Source of the DNA: Trichoplax adhaerens
Taxonomy: Eukaryota; Animalia; Placozoa
NCBI RefSeq assembly: GCF_000150275.1
Contig: NW_002060957.1
Location: forward strand, 248,001-312,000
Direction: 5' to 3'
DNA: 64,000 nucleotides
The translations under genes and the position numbers were made by a program. The notes beneath the pieces are model-generated. The model was not told where the DNA came from. It was given only the letters and a program-made list of their open reading frames with translations, and searched no databases. How positions within the stretch are numbered: the first letter of the stretch is position 1; each line of letters opens with the position of its first letter. This document shows, piece after piece, positions 1 through 13,683 of this stretch.

Positions 1-2147
1 AACGCAGCACTCCAACAATCACAGCCATTTTGGAATGGTTGTAGCTATTGCAGCCTTTTTGTACCCAATTGGACGTTATTTCTACTTTAATATACCATTC
101 ACCAATGGATACATTAACTACTACACAGCAGTACTGGTTATCATCGCTAGTAATAAGGTGAAAACTGTAGCTTATGTTCAAAATAGGTATTTCTGAGTCC
201 ATCATTTCTCATCCTTGTCTACAGTTGGGACACCTCACCATTAGCACTCGAGTTGGTCCCGTGACGACCATGCTACCGGGCCAGTGGTCAAAACTAACAA
301 CAGTAAACTGACTAAATGGAAACCTTGCTAACAATGTAGGCACACCGGACAGTCGTCAGGACGGTCTACCGACTCTGTCTGTCTGTCTGTATAATCACCC
401 TCCAACATGTCCACAAGATCAATCCATGGCTGAGCTTTTTTCTCTCTTGTTGATATCTGCTAGTTCTTTCTGTCCTAGTTATCAGCATTCTATCTCGGTC
501 TAGGATAAGGATAATTGACCGATGTACAATGTTGTAGTATAGGATGGAAACAATATCAATCTAGATTGGATATGACGAGGATAAATGGAATACTTTACAG
601 CATTCAATCCGTAAAATCAATTCATCGAATGCAGTAAAGGATCTGTTTTGATATTGCAAGGGTGGATTAAATATTTTACAACATTCAATCCTACCGCGTA
701 AAATTAATTCAATGCAGTAAATTATCCGGTTTCATGCTATCTCTAATATGTTATCCTGTACGCAGTATAGAGCTTCTCGTTCATCATTCTATGGTGAAGC
801 GATTCGTCGTGTTCTCTTTTTCTACAAGACACATCCATAGCTTCTCGTTCTTGCTCGGCTACCGCCATAAAACCAACATGCTATACAGTATAATGCTGTA
901 CTCTACTCTACGCCGTACTTTTACTATCAGTCCATGGACAATTGCACATGCTTGTGTCATCATGTCGACGACAGTAGAAGAAATCGCGCAATGCTTTAAA
1001 TCATCCTACCCAATTTTTAGCCTCAATCACATTACTGTACAACAGGAAATTACATTGACGCATTTTCAACATAAGATTGCTTTCCATGTACAAGAGTTGG
1101 ATTGCATCTTGAAATGGAATATACTTGGCATGCGATATTGAAATGATTGAAAATTACGGGACAAGAATATCCATATTACTAGACTAAGCAAGGTTATAAC
1201 TTTTGATAGTGCAAATTTTCACAGCAACATGCTACGTCCTTGCACCAGCTCGACGCATAATAGACCAGAGTTTCTACACGGCACATACCGCCATCGTCAA
1301 GTCCTCATTTGACGATATTTTAAAAGTTGAGCCATAAACGCTCATCCATTCAATTCGTCTATTCTATTAAAACGCACCCGTAAATGCCAGCATCAATTGA
1401 GTAATGCCTATTTCGTTATGATAGCAATAATGCAGTCTAACGTTCGGTATTTTTGTTTTTCTTCAATGAATCTTGTTATTCAATAAATCAATCTATACCT
1501 TACTCTGGCTGTAGTATAACACAATCAAAATCGCCTCCCCTCCCTCCTCCTAAAACAAAAATTGACGAATTCGGTATTGCAAATTTACATTACGATTATA
1601 GAACAAAAGAGATTTTAGGATCAAAATATCCTCATGATATGAAAAGTATCGCATTGATAGCACAAGAAGCAAATCTTGAACCCACCAAATCACACAGTAA
1701 GCGCTCGTGTTGGGGTAGGTAATGGGGAGATATTAATTCGCAATTCCAATCTGATCTTATGTTGACTTTACGTGTGGGAGGATATAAAATTAGCGCTTAA
1801 AAGATAGGAAATACGTATGTCCGATAGCGAGTCCTTTCCGTGTAATGACTCATCCTACACATCCTATTCGATGCTTTTCGCATATCGCATGGGTGAGATT
1901 GGGATAACACTTGCAGATGTTCTCCCACATTGAACTGACAACAACTAACTTCATACAGCCCATGATCAAGGCCATGGAGAAATATCATCAATTTTTATTT
2001 GCCCTAATAAATTAGAGAAACAGCTTGCTTTTGCTCCTTCCTATATTATCAATTATTTAGTTTTACAGTTCTCTTCGCTTGCTTGGTTGACGTTTACTAA
2101 AGTGATAGCTATAAATCTTGCGTTGATATTGTTCATTCAAAGCAAAA

Positions 2148-5100
2148 ATGAGCTTAACCAAGTTGAAAGATAAGATCAGCAACTCCGGAAAAAATTCTGA
2201 TAAATACAAGATTATCTTCCAATTTGATTTTTTGAACTTTATCACTTTTGGCCAATGGTAGGCACTCGTCTATACAGACTATACTACAAGATTTAGCTAA
2301 GCTTGTACATGTACTTTTAAACGGCGATAGTTGTTGTCCTCTAGAATTCAAGCTGCTCATTCTACTGTAATACTATGCTGCAATACTATGCTGTAGTACG
2401 ATTTGATTTAATGAATAAATTAGTAAATTAAATTATTTACTTATGACAAAAATCGATAGGGAACCTGATCAGCTCATTTTACGCTTTAAACGAGGCAACA
2501 TTCAAAAGACAGAGTTAACAGTAAGTTGACAACAGAATGGATTTCACTACAGACTGTAACTTCCCTAGCAATAGATAGATGTATTTGCAATTGATCTACT
2601 TTTCGCTTACTTGTATGACATTTCAAAGATCTACAGTATCAACGAGATTACTATTTTAATGGATTATACCTCAATAACGCTTGATAGGAAGGGTTTCTTT
2701 CTTGTATGATCAACATTTTCTCTATTTCTTTTAGCCTAATTGGTTGACAACTGCTAAAACTAAATATGGCACCATGGGGAAAGTATTATGGCAGAAGCCA
2801 ACATCAGTGGATTTTATTCTTGGTTTATATCCTGTATGTAAGGAATCAACTTTGAATATTATTATTTATAATGAATTTAACCTCAAAGACTCAAATAAGT
2901 ATTTTAAATACTAGAATTCTAAATTATCTTGCGGCTATGACGAAAAAATGATTACCATTTCTATAGAAAATGTAAGCAGCTATCGGATAAACTTTAGCAT
3001 GCTTGATGTTCGAATAAACGGGACATAAATTCGTAACGAGTCATTATAATAATTATTAACTATTGCAGAAATTATTCAATGTTAAGTTGACAGATCATTT
3101 CTATACATTTTATCACTTAGATCAGTCCTAGCAATAAAAGCACCAAACTAGCCGAGTACACTTTCAATCTAGCCGAATTTGTCGGTAAAACAAAGGAGAG
3201 GTAAGGCATAGTTTCAATCATTAATATGCTAAAACGATTACATCTTCATTTCGATATGCTATAGTAATGAAAATCGATGATAGCTTCTATCATAATTATG
3301 ACTCTACCGTTCAATGCAAACTTAAAATTGTACATCGAAAAATGAACTCGTGTAGTTTTAAATACGAGTATTTTTATAAATAACTGGCTTCAAAGATCGT
3401 CTTGAGCGCTATGGGATATTTCGTAAACAAAATCTAGATAAAATATTAAATTTCTATTCAGTCAATTATTAGAAATCGATTGTCCAACAGTATCATGGAA
3501 AATTGCCTTAGCAAGATTAGGAATTACTATGAAAACAAGTTTAATCAAAAAAAGTAAATCAAGGTATCAAAATTAGGATTAATGTTAACACTAAAAGGTT
3601 ATAGGGTATTACTATTACGTTACCTTTTACGTATGGTAAACAAACGCCAACAACTTTATATACATATGTAATTTTCGCTCTCATATAATTTATATGCTGT
3701 ATTTAATCTTCATCATAATGCTTATAATATGAAAGTTATTGATAGGACTGCAGAGATTAATCTTTAAAGCAGTTTACGCATATAATGTGTAAATATATTG
3801 TTGGTCACGGAATGATTGTCAAGTAATCTATTTTATGAGTACTGAATAAACATTTTGCATAGAATAGCGAATAATACTGTAGACATGGATATCATTTCTG
3901 ATCTTATTTTTTGCCGAATTTTTCATGTCAGGTTGTTGAAAGTCACATAGCTTGTAGCGCTTTCATTCCGTCTTAATTTTTGAATACAATTAACACAATG
4001 ATGGCTATGCATATTTATGTTTTGACGTAGACGTAAACGTAAATTAAATTCTGTGCTTTAATTAGTTTAGTTAACTAAGCGAGTATCATAATTTATTACT
4101 ACAATCATCAAAGTAATAGTTAGTTACTACTTTATGCGTTGATAACTAGAAGAGATGAAGATATAACCGCAACACCTAGACTAATTGCTTATAATCTGTA
4201 AATAATATATAGTAACGATCTTCAAGAAGATTATTTGATAGAAAAAGGACACGGTTACGAAAACAATAAAGAAAATGAAGACCCCGTTAAACCATCAAAA
4301 TATTTCAGTAGTAATGAACTCGACATTAATAAAATCCTCCATGTTCACGATGAACCTAGCTCAAGCAGCCGCAATAATTCCATGACTGATAGAAATGGCC
4401 GGCAATTACATTACTTCAAAACAGCCAGTATATTAATGGAAAAAAAATCATTTAAACAAGTAAAAGCTTTGTATATTCGACGATCAAAAACAACAGATAT
4501 TGATCATTGTAATGGAATTCGAAATTATGCGACTAAAGCTTATAATGATGCTTATCTAACTTGTATTAATGTTGATAAGATAAAAATTAATCCAGATTTT
4601 ACTCCTAAATATCGGGATGCCCCTCTTTCGATTAGCGAAAATCATATATCTATGCAAGCCAGCAAGATCTTTCGTGGCTATTTTGATCATGCTTACCATA
4701 GTCTTTGTATTGATTCTTTACCTGTTGGCAGATTTATAACTGCCAGTTTCTCATCGCAATATTCTAAAATTCACAAAGACAGTTACAATCAGATTGTTGC
4801 CAAAAATCGATGGAAAGAGTGCAGTATGAGGCAGTCTACTTTATCGCACCCGCATGAATTTGATGTGTTAGGATTTACGATTGCCATGGATGACCAAGAT
4901 CAAAGTGCTACATCAAGTTTTGGATCCTCATCACAGATCTACTCAAATGGGACTGATGGTCAACAGGGCGATGATGAAGGTGAACCTTGGTGGCCATCAG
5001 TCAAAAATTCATCCAAGTTGAATCAATCTGCAGTAGACGAGGATCCGAGATATTTCGTTTGCGATAGTTCTAACTTACCTATGACCCCTGATCTAGAAAT

Positions 5101-7593
5101 TCAACGACAATCAGTAAGCACATCTTCAATAAATCAACAGCAGCAAAAGGAAGAAAATGAGATTTCTCCTTTGTCAAATGAAGCTGTTAGCGTGACGGAA
5201 GAAATTTCAACTGATCAAGCTTGTAACATCATTTCATCGAATGCAAAGGAAAAACATGAATTGATTGCGTTGGAAAAAAGTAAAGCAAGTGATGAGGTTA
5301 GAAGAGGATTGATACTGAATGTATAGCATGTGATTATTTTATTTATGTGCTAAAGTAAAACATACAATGTTAACTAGTAACGAATACCCAATTTCAGTAG
5401 CTGAAATACCAGTATTTACACGATCATAGCATCATTGATGAAGAAATATCCAGACAATTGGATATATAACATTAGATATAACGATTCCATAGACAGTAAA
5501 TCTCAGCTATATCATATTCTCAATGGCTTGCTATAACTCAAAGGTAGCATGCGGAAGGGAAATATTTTTGCTACTAGTTACATACTTATCATCAAGGTCC
5601 ATTGTCAGAAAAAGAGGAAAGCACCTATCAGACCAGATAATCTAAGCTACGATGTTGTTCTTGTCATTATAACTTCGGGAATAGTAGTTCATCTTCGCAA
5701 ACACTGTTTCTATATGGATTGTTATCATTAAATGTATTTAATTTTTTTTTCATTCTGGATTATACGTTACGTCATAGTTGAAGATGGAGATCTCAACATT
5801 GGGAGAAGTAATTAGCGGCTTAAAATATGCATTAGGTGATAAAGATTCTCATATTAGGTAAGAAAGATGTATTATAAATTATTGATGATGATTTATGATT
5901 GATGAATAATTTAGATTGTTTTAATATTTCATCAAGACCATTCAATCTTAAGATATTCATATTATACATGCCAACACAGTCTAAAAGTATGCTTGATAAA
6001 GATGTATATGATATGAAGATATCAATTTACCCTGAATATCGATGTATTTTATATTTTTTAAACATATTGGCTTTAATTTACATGTTTTTATTGCTTCTAT
6101 AAAGACAATTACACGATCTAGTCAGTAGATTAGAATCCTATAATGACAAGTTGAACCAGGAGATGAAGCAAACAACGGATGAGATTGATAACTTCCGATT
6201 TCAAATAAAATCACTTCAGTCCACTGTTACGCAACTACAGGAGAAGGTAATCTTGCAAGGATATGGATTGATTTATTATTATGAGATATTTCTTAATATG
6301 TAACCTAGCTTAGATGTGATTTAGGAAGTGCCTCTAACAGGTCTCATATAAGTGTTGGAATATATTCCAATATTTGTCATCATTATTGAAATTATAGTTA
6401 AGTCTGCTAAGGGAAGAAGAAGAGGAGAGAAAAAGTAAAATAGCTAAAAATGCATTCCCAAGAAAAGTAAATGTAAGCGCTATGTACGGTAGAATTTAGG
6501 GTTTCCGTACTTCCTACATACCTTGTAATATTGCTATTAATCATATGAAAGAGAGAATTTTATGTTCGTCTTTCACAGTAAAGTACCGTAACTTACTTTA
6601 AATGAAACATATCAGAGTGGATTACTTTTGTATTTTGCGACTTTAAATTTTCTCCATCATTTTATTAGAGTATTAGTATTATTAATACTTTCCTTGTAAT
6701 CTTTGTACGAAATTGCGCGCAAATAGTTATGCGGATGGCTTCACAAGAAAGGGGCACTAGGTCCTACCAAAAATAAATGGAGGAAAAGATGGTTTGTTGC
6801 TGATCAGTGGGGATTTTTATATTACTACAAATATAGCAATAGTTCTACTCCACTAGGGTAAGAAAGAGAATCAGTTTATGTTAAACCATACTTTGAAACC
6901 TGTTATTTTTCAACCGTATCGAATTTGGATAATGAAAGACTAATTGTCTTTATATGTGTTAGATTTATTGACACTGTTGAAATTAGCTACGTAGAAGCTA
7001 AACCTGATCATGAACAAAACAAAAACTGTTGTCTATTCGATGTGGTTACTAATGAAAGGATGTATCAGTTAATGGCAGAAAATGAAGAGGATATGGATAG
7101 GTATATAAACTCCAATAAGTCCTAAAAGACTGCAATGTTTGCAGTATAGTAATGCGTGTATTGCGTGATCAGGGGCAACAGTGTCTACTATTACATAGCT
7201 TAACTGTTTCGTTGATTTTGTGACGGTCTGCAATATGGGCAATATATTATTGCTCTGCGTAATGATAAATACGTATTGCAACAAGTTTAAGTCAAGATAT
7301 TATCAACATAATTACCAAATGAACGATGTATTCGCTGTTGAGTATTGCCGGAATTATAACAAATATCCAGCAGGAGTGTACGCTTATCTATACCATACTA
7401 AAATACGTAGTAGTAGTGTATCACATTTTCACTTGCGTGTGTAATGAAGACCATCGGAGTTGGTTTCATAACAATGTTAAGAAATATAATTGATTTCTTT
7501 TTAATTCGTTCAAATAGATGGGTCGCTGCCCTGGACTACCTACGAACCTGGAGCTATTGTAAACGATTCGTTAATTATAATCGCTCCCTGTAA
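2148..7593 (+). CDS. Multi-exon gene: EHBP1/EEIG1-type N-terminal C2 (NT-C2) domain, low-complexity middle, coiled coil, C-terminal PH domain
   Basis: Spliced exons 2148-2257, 2460-2520, ~2735-2833, ~2915-2971 and 3121-3200 give MSLTKLKDKISNSGKNSDKYKIIFQFDFLNFITFGQW-EPDQLILRFKRG...GKVLWQKPTSVDFILGLYP...YDEKMITISIENISPSNKSTKLAEYTFNLAEF. This aligns by eye with the EHBP1 NT-C2 (KWQPDKLVVVWTRR...GVVVW...EDKEWTFVIENESPSG...LA...IN). A large exon lies in ORF 4235-5326. Coiled-coil exons lie at ~5778-6472. PH exons at 6727-7593 read LCGWLHKKG...WRKRWFV...LYYYK...PLGFID...RMYQLMAENEEDMDRWVAAL, ending at TAA 7591-7593. Exon joins between 3200 and 4900 are uncertain. Confidence 0.8.
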
Positions 7594-8407
7594 TCAGGAT
7601 TATTGACATCATGACCTGCCTGAAATATTGGCCTTACGGCATAACTTTATTTGACGAGCAAATATCATCGATATAAATCGATCAATATTTATAATTATAT
7701 AAATTAATCAACTGTTCTTATAACTTTGTCATTAAGTTAATGCAAATTCAAATAAACCAATTTCGAAAACCCTGCAAATTTTATGTTTACCAAATCGAAT
7801 ACCGATACCTTTAGTAAGTACAATATACTATTTTTTTGTAATTGCATATTTATAAATAATGACAGTAACATTTTGAGTTCTAGGTATATTTAGAACTCTT
7901 CATAGATTTGCAGATCATGTGATAAATCGTATCAAGTAAAAACAAAGAAATATCGAAAAAATGTTTATTTCACAGTTATCATTATTTGCTAATGAAGATA
8001 ACAGCGTGTGCACAAATTATTGTCTGTGTTTAGAAACTGACCTTCTTATAATACATAAATAATACAAGTAAGACCATTATAGAACTTGCCAAGCGGCATA
8101 TTACATCTACGAGTGTTAACATCGCGTATTGAAAAAGTATTAATCGATAATAAAACATTCTCTATAACGCAGAGTAGAGAAAAAGAATGAATAGAGGCGT
8201 ATACTAAATTGAGCGATATATAACGTAGATTTTTTGAAATACCGATAAATTGATTTTCGGCGCAGATCCGTTTCAATATCCAAATATCAAAGTAAATGAC
8301 AATCATTATTAACATAATTATTCAATGCCTATTAAAATTAATATAGGCAAAGCCAACGTATCCATATTTTTTTTCTTTAATCAGTGAAATGTTTTTTAGA
8401 TAACTTT

Positions 8408-10525
8408 TTAATTCCATTCTAATGGAACAGGGCGCTGTATCATGTTAAGCAAATGTTCCCTTTGTCTTCGTTCTAAGCTCTGTTGGGCATTCACGAAACT
8501 TTGAGTTGACAATGATGCTAGATGCGGATGACGAAAGTGTTGTGTTACAGGATTGAAAGGAACATAGCTGCTTTGAGGCACTTGATATATATAATCAGCT
8601 TGTGGGCGATAGCCATGTTGTTGATATTGAGACGTATGTAATATTGGTGTAGAATTTGTGATCGTTGCATCTTGTCCACTGATACTCGCAGTAACTTGCG
8701 ATGTGGCCGCCCCACTATGACTGCCCGATGGTTCATTATTTGCCAGGCCTTTCTCAACTTCTTTCGATTTCGTAATAATCTCATCTAAAATAGCCTTGTA
8801 ATTTTCTAAAGACGACTTTGTTCTGGTCTTTGTGACACACTCTATACATAATAACTTAATATTTCCATCGTCGTCATTTAACAAGTTCCACATAGAAGTA
8901 CAGTCAGTCTTGCAATCTGCACAAGCGAGATGGGTTGCATCTGATGATTTACTAATGCTTTTTGATGTTGAATCGGTTTTAGTGACGCGTTCAGCGACTA
9001 ACTCCAGTCCAAGTAGCATACTAAACCTGCTATTAGAACCGTTAGGAATAACTTTCCACGGTTGCGAATATGGCTCTGGTTTTGGTAATTGTCGTAATAA
9101 GTTATCTAATTGTTGACGTAAAGCCACCTTTTGGGCTCGTTTATTAGTTGTAATTACTCTAGTATTGTTAGTTGTGGTCGAAGCAGTTTTCAGCTCAGGC
9201 GGTAGACCAGACCGTGTTAATGTCGAGGATTGTATTGGATTAATGGAACCTACATAAATAATTTTTGGTGGATACGATGTGTTAACTAATGCAGTATTGA
9301 TATTTTGATTACTTTCAAGATTTGTTGAGCTCGTTGGCGAGCCTATATCCATTAATTTAGTTCTTTTAGGCAGTAGCGGCATGACATTGGAATTACTGCT
9401 ATAATCTACCGATGAACTGAATCTATTGTTCATGCTAACACTGTGAGATAGCTCATTACTGGCAATAGGACGTTTCCTATCACGCTCTTTTACATGATAT
9501 CGATTATCTGACAACGCCGAATTGTTGGTATTATTGCTGAATCTGTCGTTGGTCGAGTCTAAAATTGGAATACAGAACACAAGTATTCAATTGTATTGCC
9601 AAAGCTAAGATAGATAGTTCCAAGAGAAGACCTACCTTTTATATTTTGGCTTTGATTAATTAACTGCAATAGGAGTAGTTTAGCTTCTTCGTGTCGTAGA
9701 TCTTCTTTTAATTTATTTACTAGTTGATAATAAAATGGATATTTAACAAATTGATCACAATTGTGTTCTTAAATCACATCATCAATGTTAATACAGGAAG
9801 CCTAATTGATCGTCCTATTGTTACAGTATTGATGAATTTGTAAAATACTATGGGTTTACAGTTTATAATTTTTTTCATGCATACTTTTATCAAGTTTCGT
9901 CGAATGGGTATTAACATTACTGTTTTTCCTTGCAATATTATTTTCATTTTCAAGGTGAGTAGCAGTTTTCTCTTTGGTAGATTCAGGATACGCAGTATTT
10001 CCGTTAATTTCATGATTGGTGTTATCGTGTTTGGTTAGGCTATGAGTAAACGACAATAATACTAATCAACATCTGATCAAGATAATGCACAAGATTTAGT
10101 AAAGTATTAATAACATGCAAGCAAGCGTTCATCGTAGCTAAAGTAATACTGAAATCAATTTAGGTTAATTTCAAAACGGCAATATTGCTTTTACTACTGG
10201 GGATTATTTTTTAGTCTAGTATGAATAAAATGACATGGTAGTAATTTATGAAATGGCAGTGGTAAGCAGTAAAGAGTAATGTAGTTAGTATACTTTGAAG
10301 AATAAACCCTGGCACGTATCAGCAACATTCTTACACAAGCGATACTAATATGGTTGATTATTAAAATCATTTTCAAATATTATACTGTAAACGGTAATAA
10401 ATCAATCATGTCGTTTGATAAGATGGAAAATTTGATGTTATAAGTTAGTCCAATCAAGATGCATTCAGTTCATGGTAAATTGAGACTTACAGCTCGTCGG
10501 TTTTAGAATTGGTTCCGTCTCTCAT
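8408..10525 (-). CDS. GATAD2: Transcriptional repressor p66 / GATAD2 (NuRD subunit)
   Basis: An exon at ~9636-9718 encodes the CR1 coiled coil INKLKEDLRHEEAKLLLLQLINQSQ. The last exon (8408-9559) has the CR2 motif KVALRQQLDNLLRQLPKP...IPNGSNSRFSMLLGLE, a GATA-type finger CADCKTDCTSMW...LCIEC and C-terminal QREHLLNMI. The ATG at 10525 (MRDGTNSKTDEL) has an in-frame stop upstream. Splice sites are GT-AG. Confidence 0.88.
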
Positions 10526-11949
10526 ATTCGCTATAGTTATTAAGCAGCCGAGTCTAAATTAAAGGCGTAACGAATGACAAATTTCCTGCTATCTAAAAAA
10601 TGCAAAGGTGATTTTAATTAGGCTAGCAAGGTAATAAAGTGATTGCTGTAATGATATAAAAAAAGAGACTGTCACAATACAAGGTGGTTATTACGCTTTC
10701 ATAAATATAACCATAGCAAAGCTAGTGAAGATTAACCGGAATCAGTACAGTACTGTAATGCAAGATTACGCAGTTTGATGTAATGGTTATGGTTAATAGT
10801 GATGGAATAAAAGTGACATTTCGTTTTTGGTACTGTATCAATATGTTCAGGTATTAATCGAGTCGGTATCTTCTATCTCTTTTATTACCAATTGACCATT
10901 TATCGTGAATAATCTGTGCGATTTTTTTTTGCTTTAGTCGTTTGTTTTAAAAGTGTTCCACTCACTGTGATGTGGTTGAGTCTTGTTGCTATCAAGTCGA
11001 TGTAATTAATTTTTAATGAACTGTGAATGCATAACAAGAAAATAGTGGTAACACATAGCGATTACAGAATAAGAGTGAGTCAAAAGTAATTCTCAAAATT
11101 GCTATTTTATCCTTCCAGTTCGTTTATAAATAAAAAATGATTGTTAAGCGTTGGAGAGTTGATCTTAAAACTGATCATAAAAAATAGACTCGTAAAGTGT
11201 GAAGAGTCGAGAAAATTCCAACATATAAAAAGTATTACTACATGGCAATATCGATACTGACCATTTCCTACTGAGGAATCAGTGAGGTCTCCCGCCTGTC
11301 GCAACTAAGAGTGGATAAACCTCAATTTGAGTTTTTATTAACGTTGGGATATTTGAATCAATGCACTATCAATATAGTTTATAGGCAGGCCTACGGGTTA
11401 AAGTGGTGCCAAATTTGTAATTTTCTATGCGGATAAACTAGAAAGCAAGCCTATTTTTGGTGGATACAGAGTAGAGTATTGTACAAGTAGCGTTGAATGT
11501 GGTCTAACGGTTGTTAAAAGGTCGTTGAAGGAATAAGAATAGTATGGTCCAGTCGATTAGCGGCTAGAGTAGCAGGTACAGATTGGTCAAAAATACGCGT
11601 GATTGGATCATGTTTAAACAATATCTAAATTAGAATGAGTAAGGCCTACTTGATAGCTATAGTAGTAATTGGGTCTCTTTTCCTTTATCGTCTAGCTAGC
11701 ATTGGATTTTCTCCTATTTTTGAACCCTTACGGAGTGTACAGTATATATATATATATAGGCACGCATTTACTCATTAGGAGATTAAAGGGCGATTGCTAA
11801 ATGATAATATTGAACTACTGTACCGTGCCAGGTTGGTCTTTGCTGGATAGCGGGATAGGGTTTTAGCTTTGAATTTGTAGCAGGTAGCTGAGCGGTTCTC
11901 GTTGAGCACCTTGCATATCTACAAATTACCCTTCCAACATACTACATTA

Positions 11950-11962
11950 GGGGGGGGGGGGG
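11950..11962. repeat. G13 homopolymer
   Basis: 13 consecutive G in an otherwise AT-rich intergenic region upstream of GATAD2. Confidence 0.9.
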
Positions 11963-13683
11963 TTCAATCAACAAGCGGATTTGTTCTTGGAGCAGTGGTA
12001 TCCTTCTATTCAAAATGCCATAAAAGTCAACCAAGTACAGTAAGCAGTTGATATCGTATAGTACAGTAGATTGGATTCGATTAATTGATTAATATGTCAT
12101 GTATATCATGCACTTGGAAGCATCACTTTGTGGGCGATCGACAGAATGGAGTGATGGTGATAATGCAATCATGGCCCTACCACAAGAATCAAGAGTCAAG
12201 AGTTGACCATTCTAGGGTATACTTGTGAAATGCTCATTTATTGATCCCATTTCAACAGCTAGTAGGTGATGAATAATATGACATTGGATTCGATTCAAGA
12301 TCTGATTGGAATGATTGAAGGTACAGTAGGACTGAATTTGGACTTGGAGGTAGTGTACAACTTTGCGGATGCTGGACATTGCACACTGTTACTATGATGG
12401 TATTTCATTGATAGGCCGATCAAGGCATGATTAAGGGTACAAGAGTGAAGAGTTGATTATTCCAAGGCAGACTTGTGAAATGTTCCGTTATTCTTCCTAT
12501 CTAAAGAGTGGAAAGTGGCAATCAACTTTAGGCAGTACTGCAGACACGATGGCACAATTGTCGTCGCCATGATGATAACAGAAAGAATTTTCTACCCGTC
12601 GAGTAGGTCAATAAAATGGTTGGAATTTTTTAGGCTTGTGTTGGAAAGAAGCTTGACTGAAAATGAGGAGGAATGGGAATAAGCACCCAATAGTATTAAG
12701 GAAGAATACGATAGGATGTACTTTGTGCATGCATCAATACTGTGGATGGAATCATGTCGTGTCCTTTTTGAAAATGGAATAGAAACAAATTTGGCACGTT
12801 TTGAAATGGCAATGTGAAACGCTTACGATCAGTTTTCTCTAGTCAATCGATTGTCATGTGCTTCTCCTGATACTCAACATAGTCAGTACAAGTATTGTAT
12901 CTTGTTGTGGAGGCTATTTGAAAGTGGTTGTGTACGATGGTGTAGACAAGATGAATGGATGATTATTTGGCTCATTTCATCGTCGTATTGGCTATCTGGT
13001 TGAATACAGGATCCACGGCAAAACATGAATGCAATCACCAGGGGTAATTTGCTTGTAAAAGCAAGCAATCAGATCAAAGTGTCCCGTCATGATACTGTCC
13101 TTGTATTTCTATTTGGTATTGGATGATAAACATGATGATAAGAAATTTTCACTTTCAAGATGAAAATGACCAAGTAGCGATCAACAACGATTGCAGTGTG
13201 CCATGGCGCTGGTATATCGATCCTTTCATGCTATGACTCCCTAAGCAATAGACAAACAAGATGATGATGATGATCCACTTACCATTTCATGAGGATTTCA
13301 ATGGATGGAAATTGCCTTCAGCTTGACTACAATAGCAGCTTGAAAATGACTACAATAATACTGTATAGCGTCTTCTTCTCGTCTTGCTACCAGATCGATG
13401 ATTGCATCCAACAGCCTCCAATCTGCTGTCTTTACAACAATCTGCCAGTTTACTACAATGATAGCGGCAAGTTGCAAGCCAATGCAATCCAATCCAATCC
13501 GTTGATAGTCGCGATTCTCCACTTTACCATGCCTCCAATCGACTAAAGTCGAAATCGATTTTCAATTGAGCAGATTGCGCCGCCAACAATAGACCGATGA
13601 TCAATGACGATTCAACCGACGTCAAGCCACGACAGTACTGGACGTTTCACCCTACCGTCCATCACACTGACTGCAGCCCACTC

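Noticed and set aside
597-732. Degenerate ~80-bp tandem duplication (CATTCAATCC...GTAAAAT.AATTCA...ATGCAGTAAA)
   Set aside because: Real, but only two decayed copies with no functional hint.
734-1991. ORFs 734-1141, 1453-1722 and 1797-1991
   Set aside because: No recognisable motifs; they probably lie in the upstream/UTR region of the NT-C2 gene.
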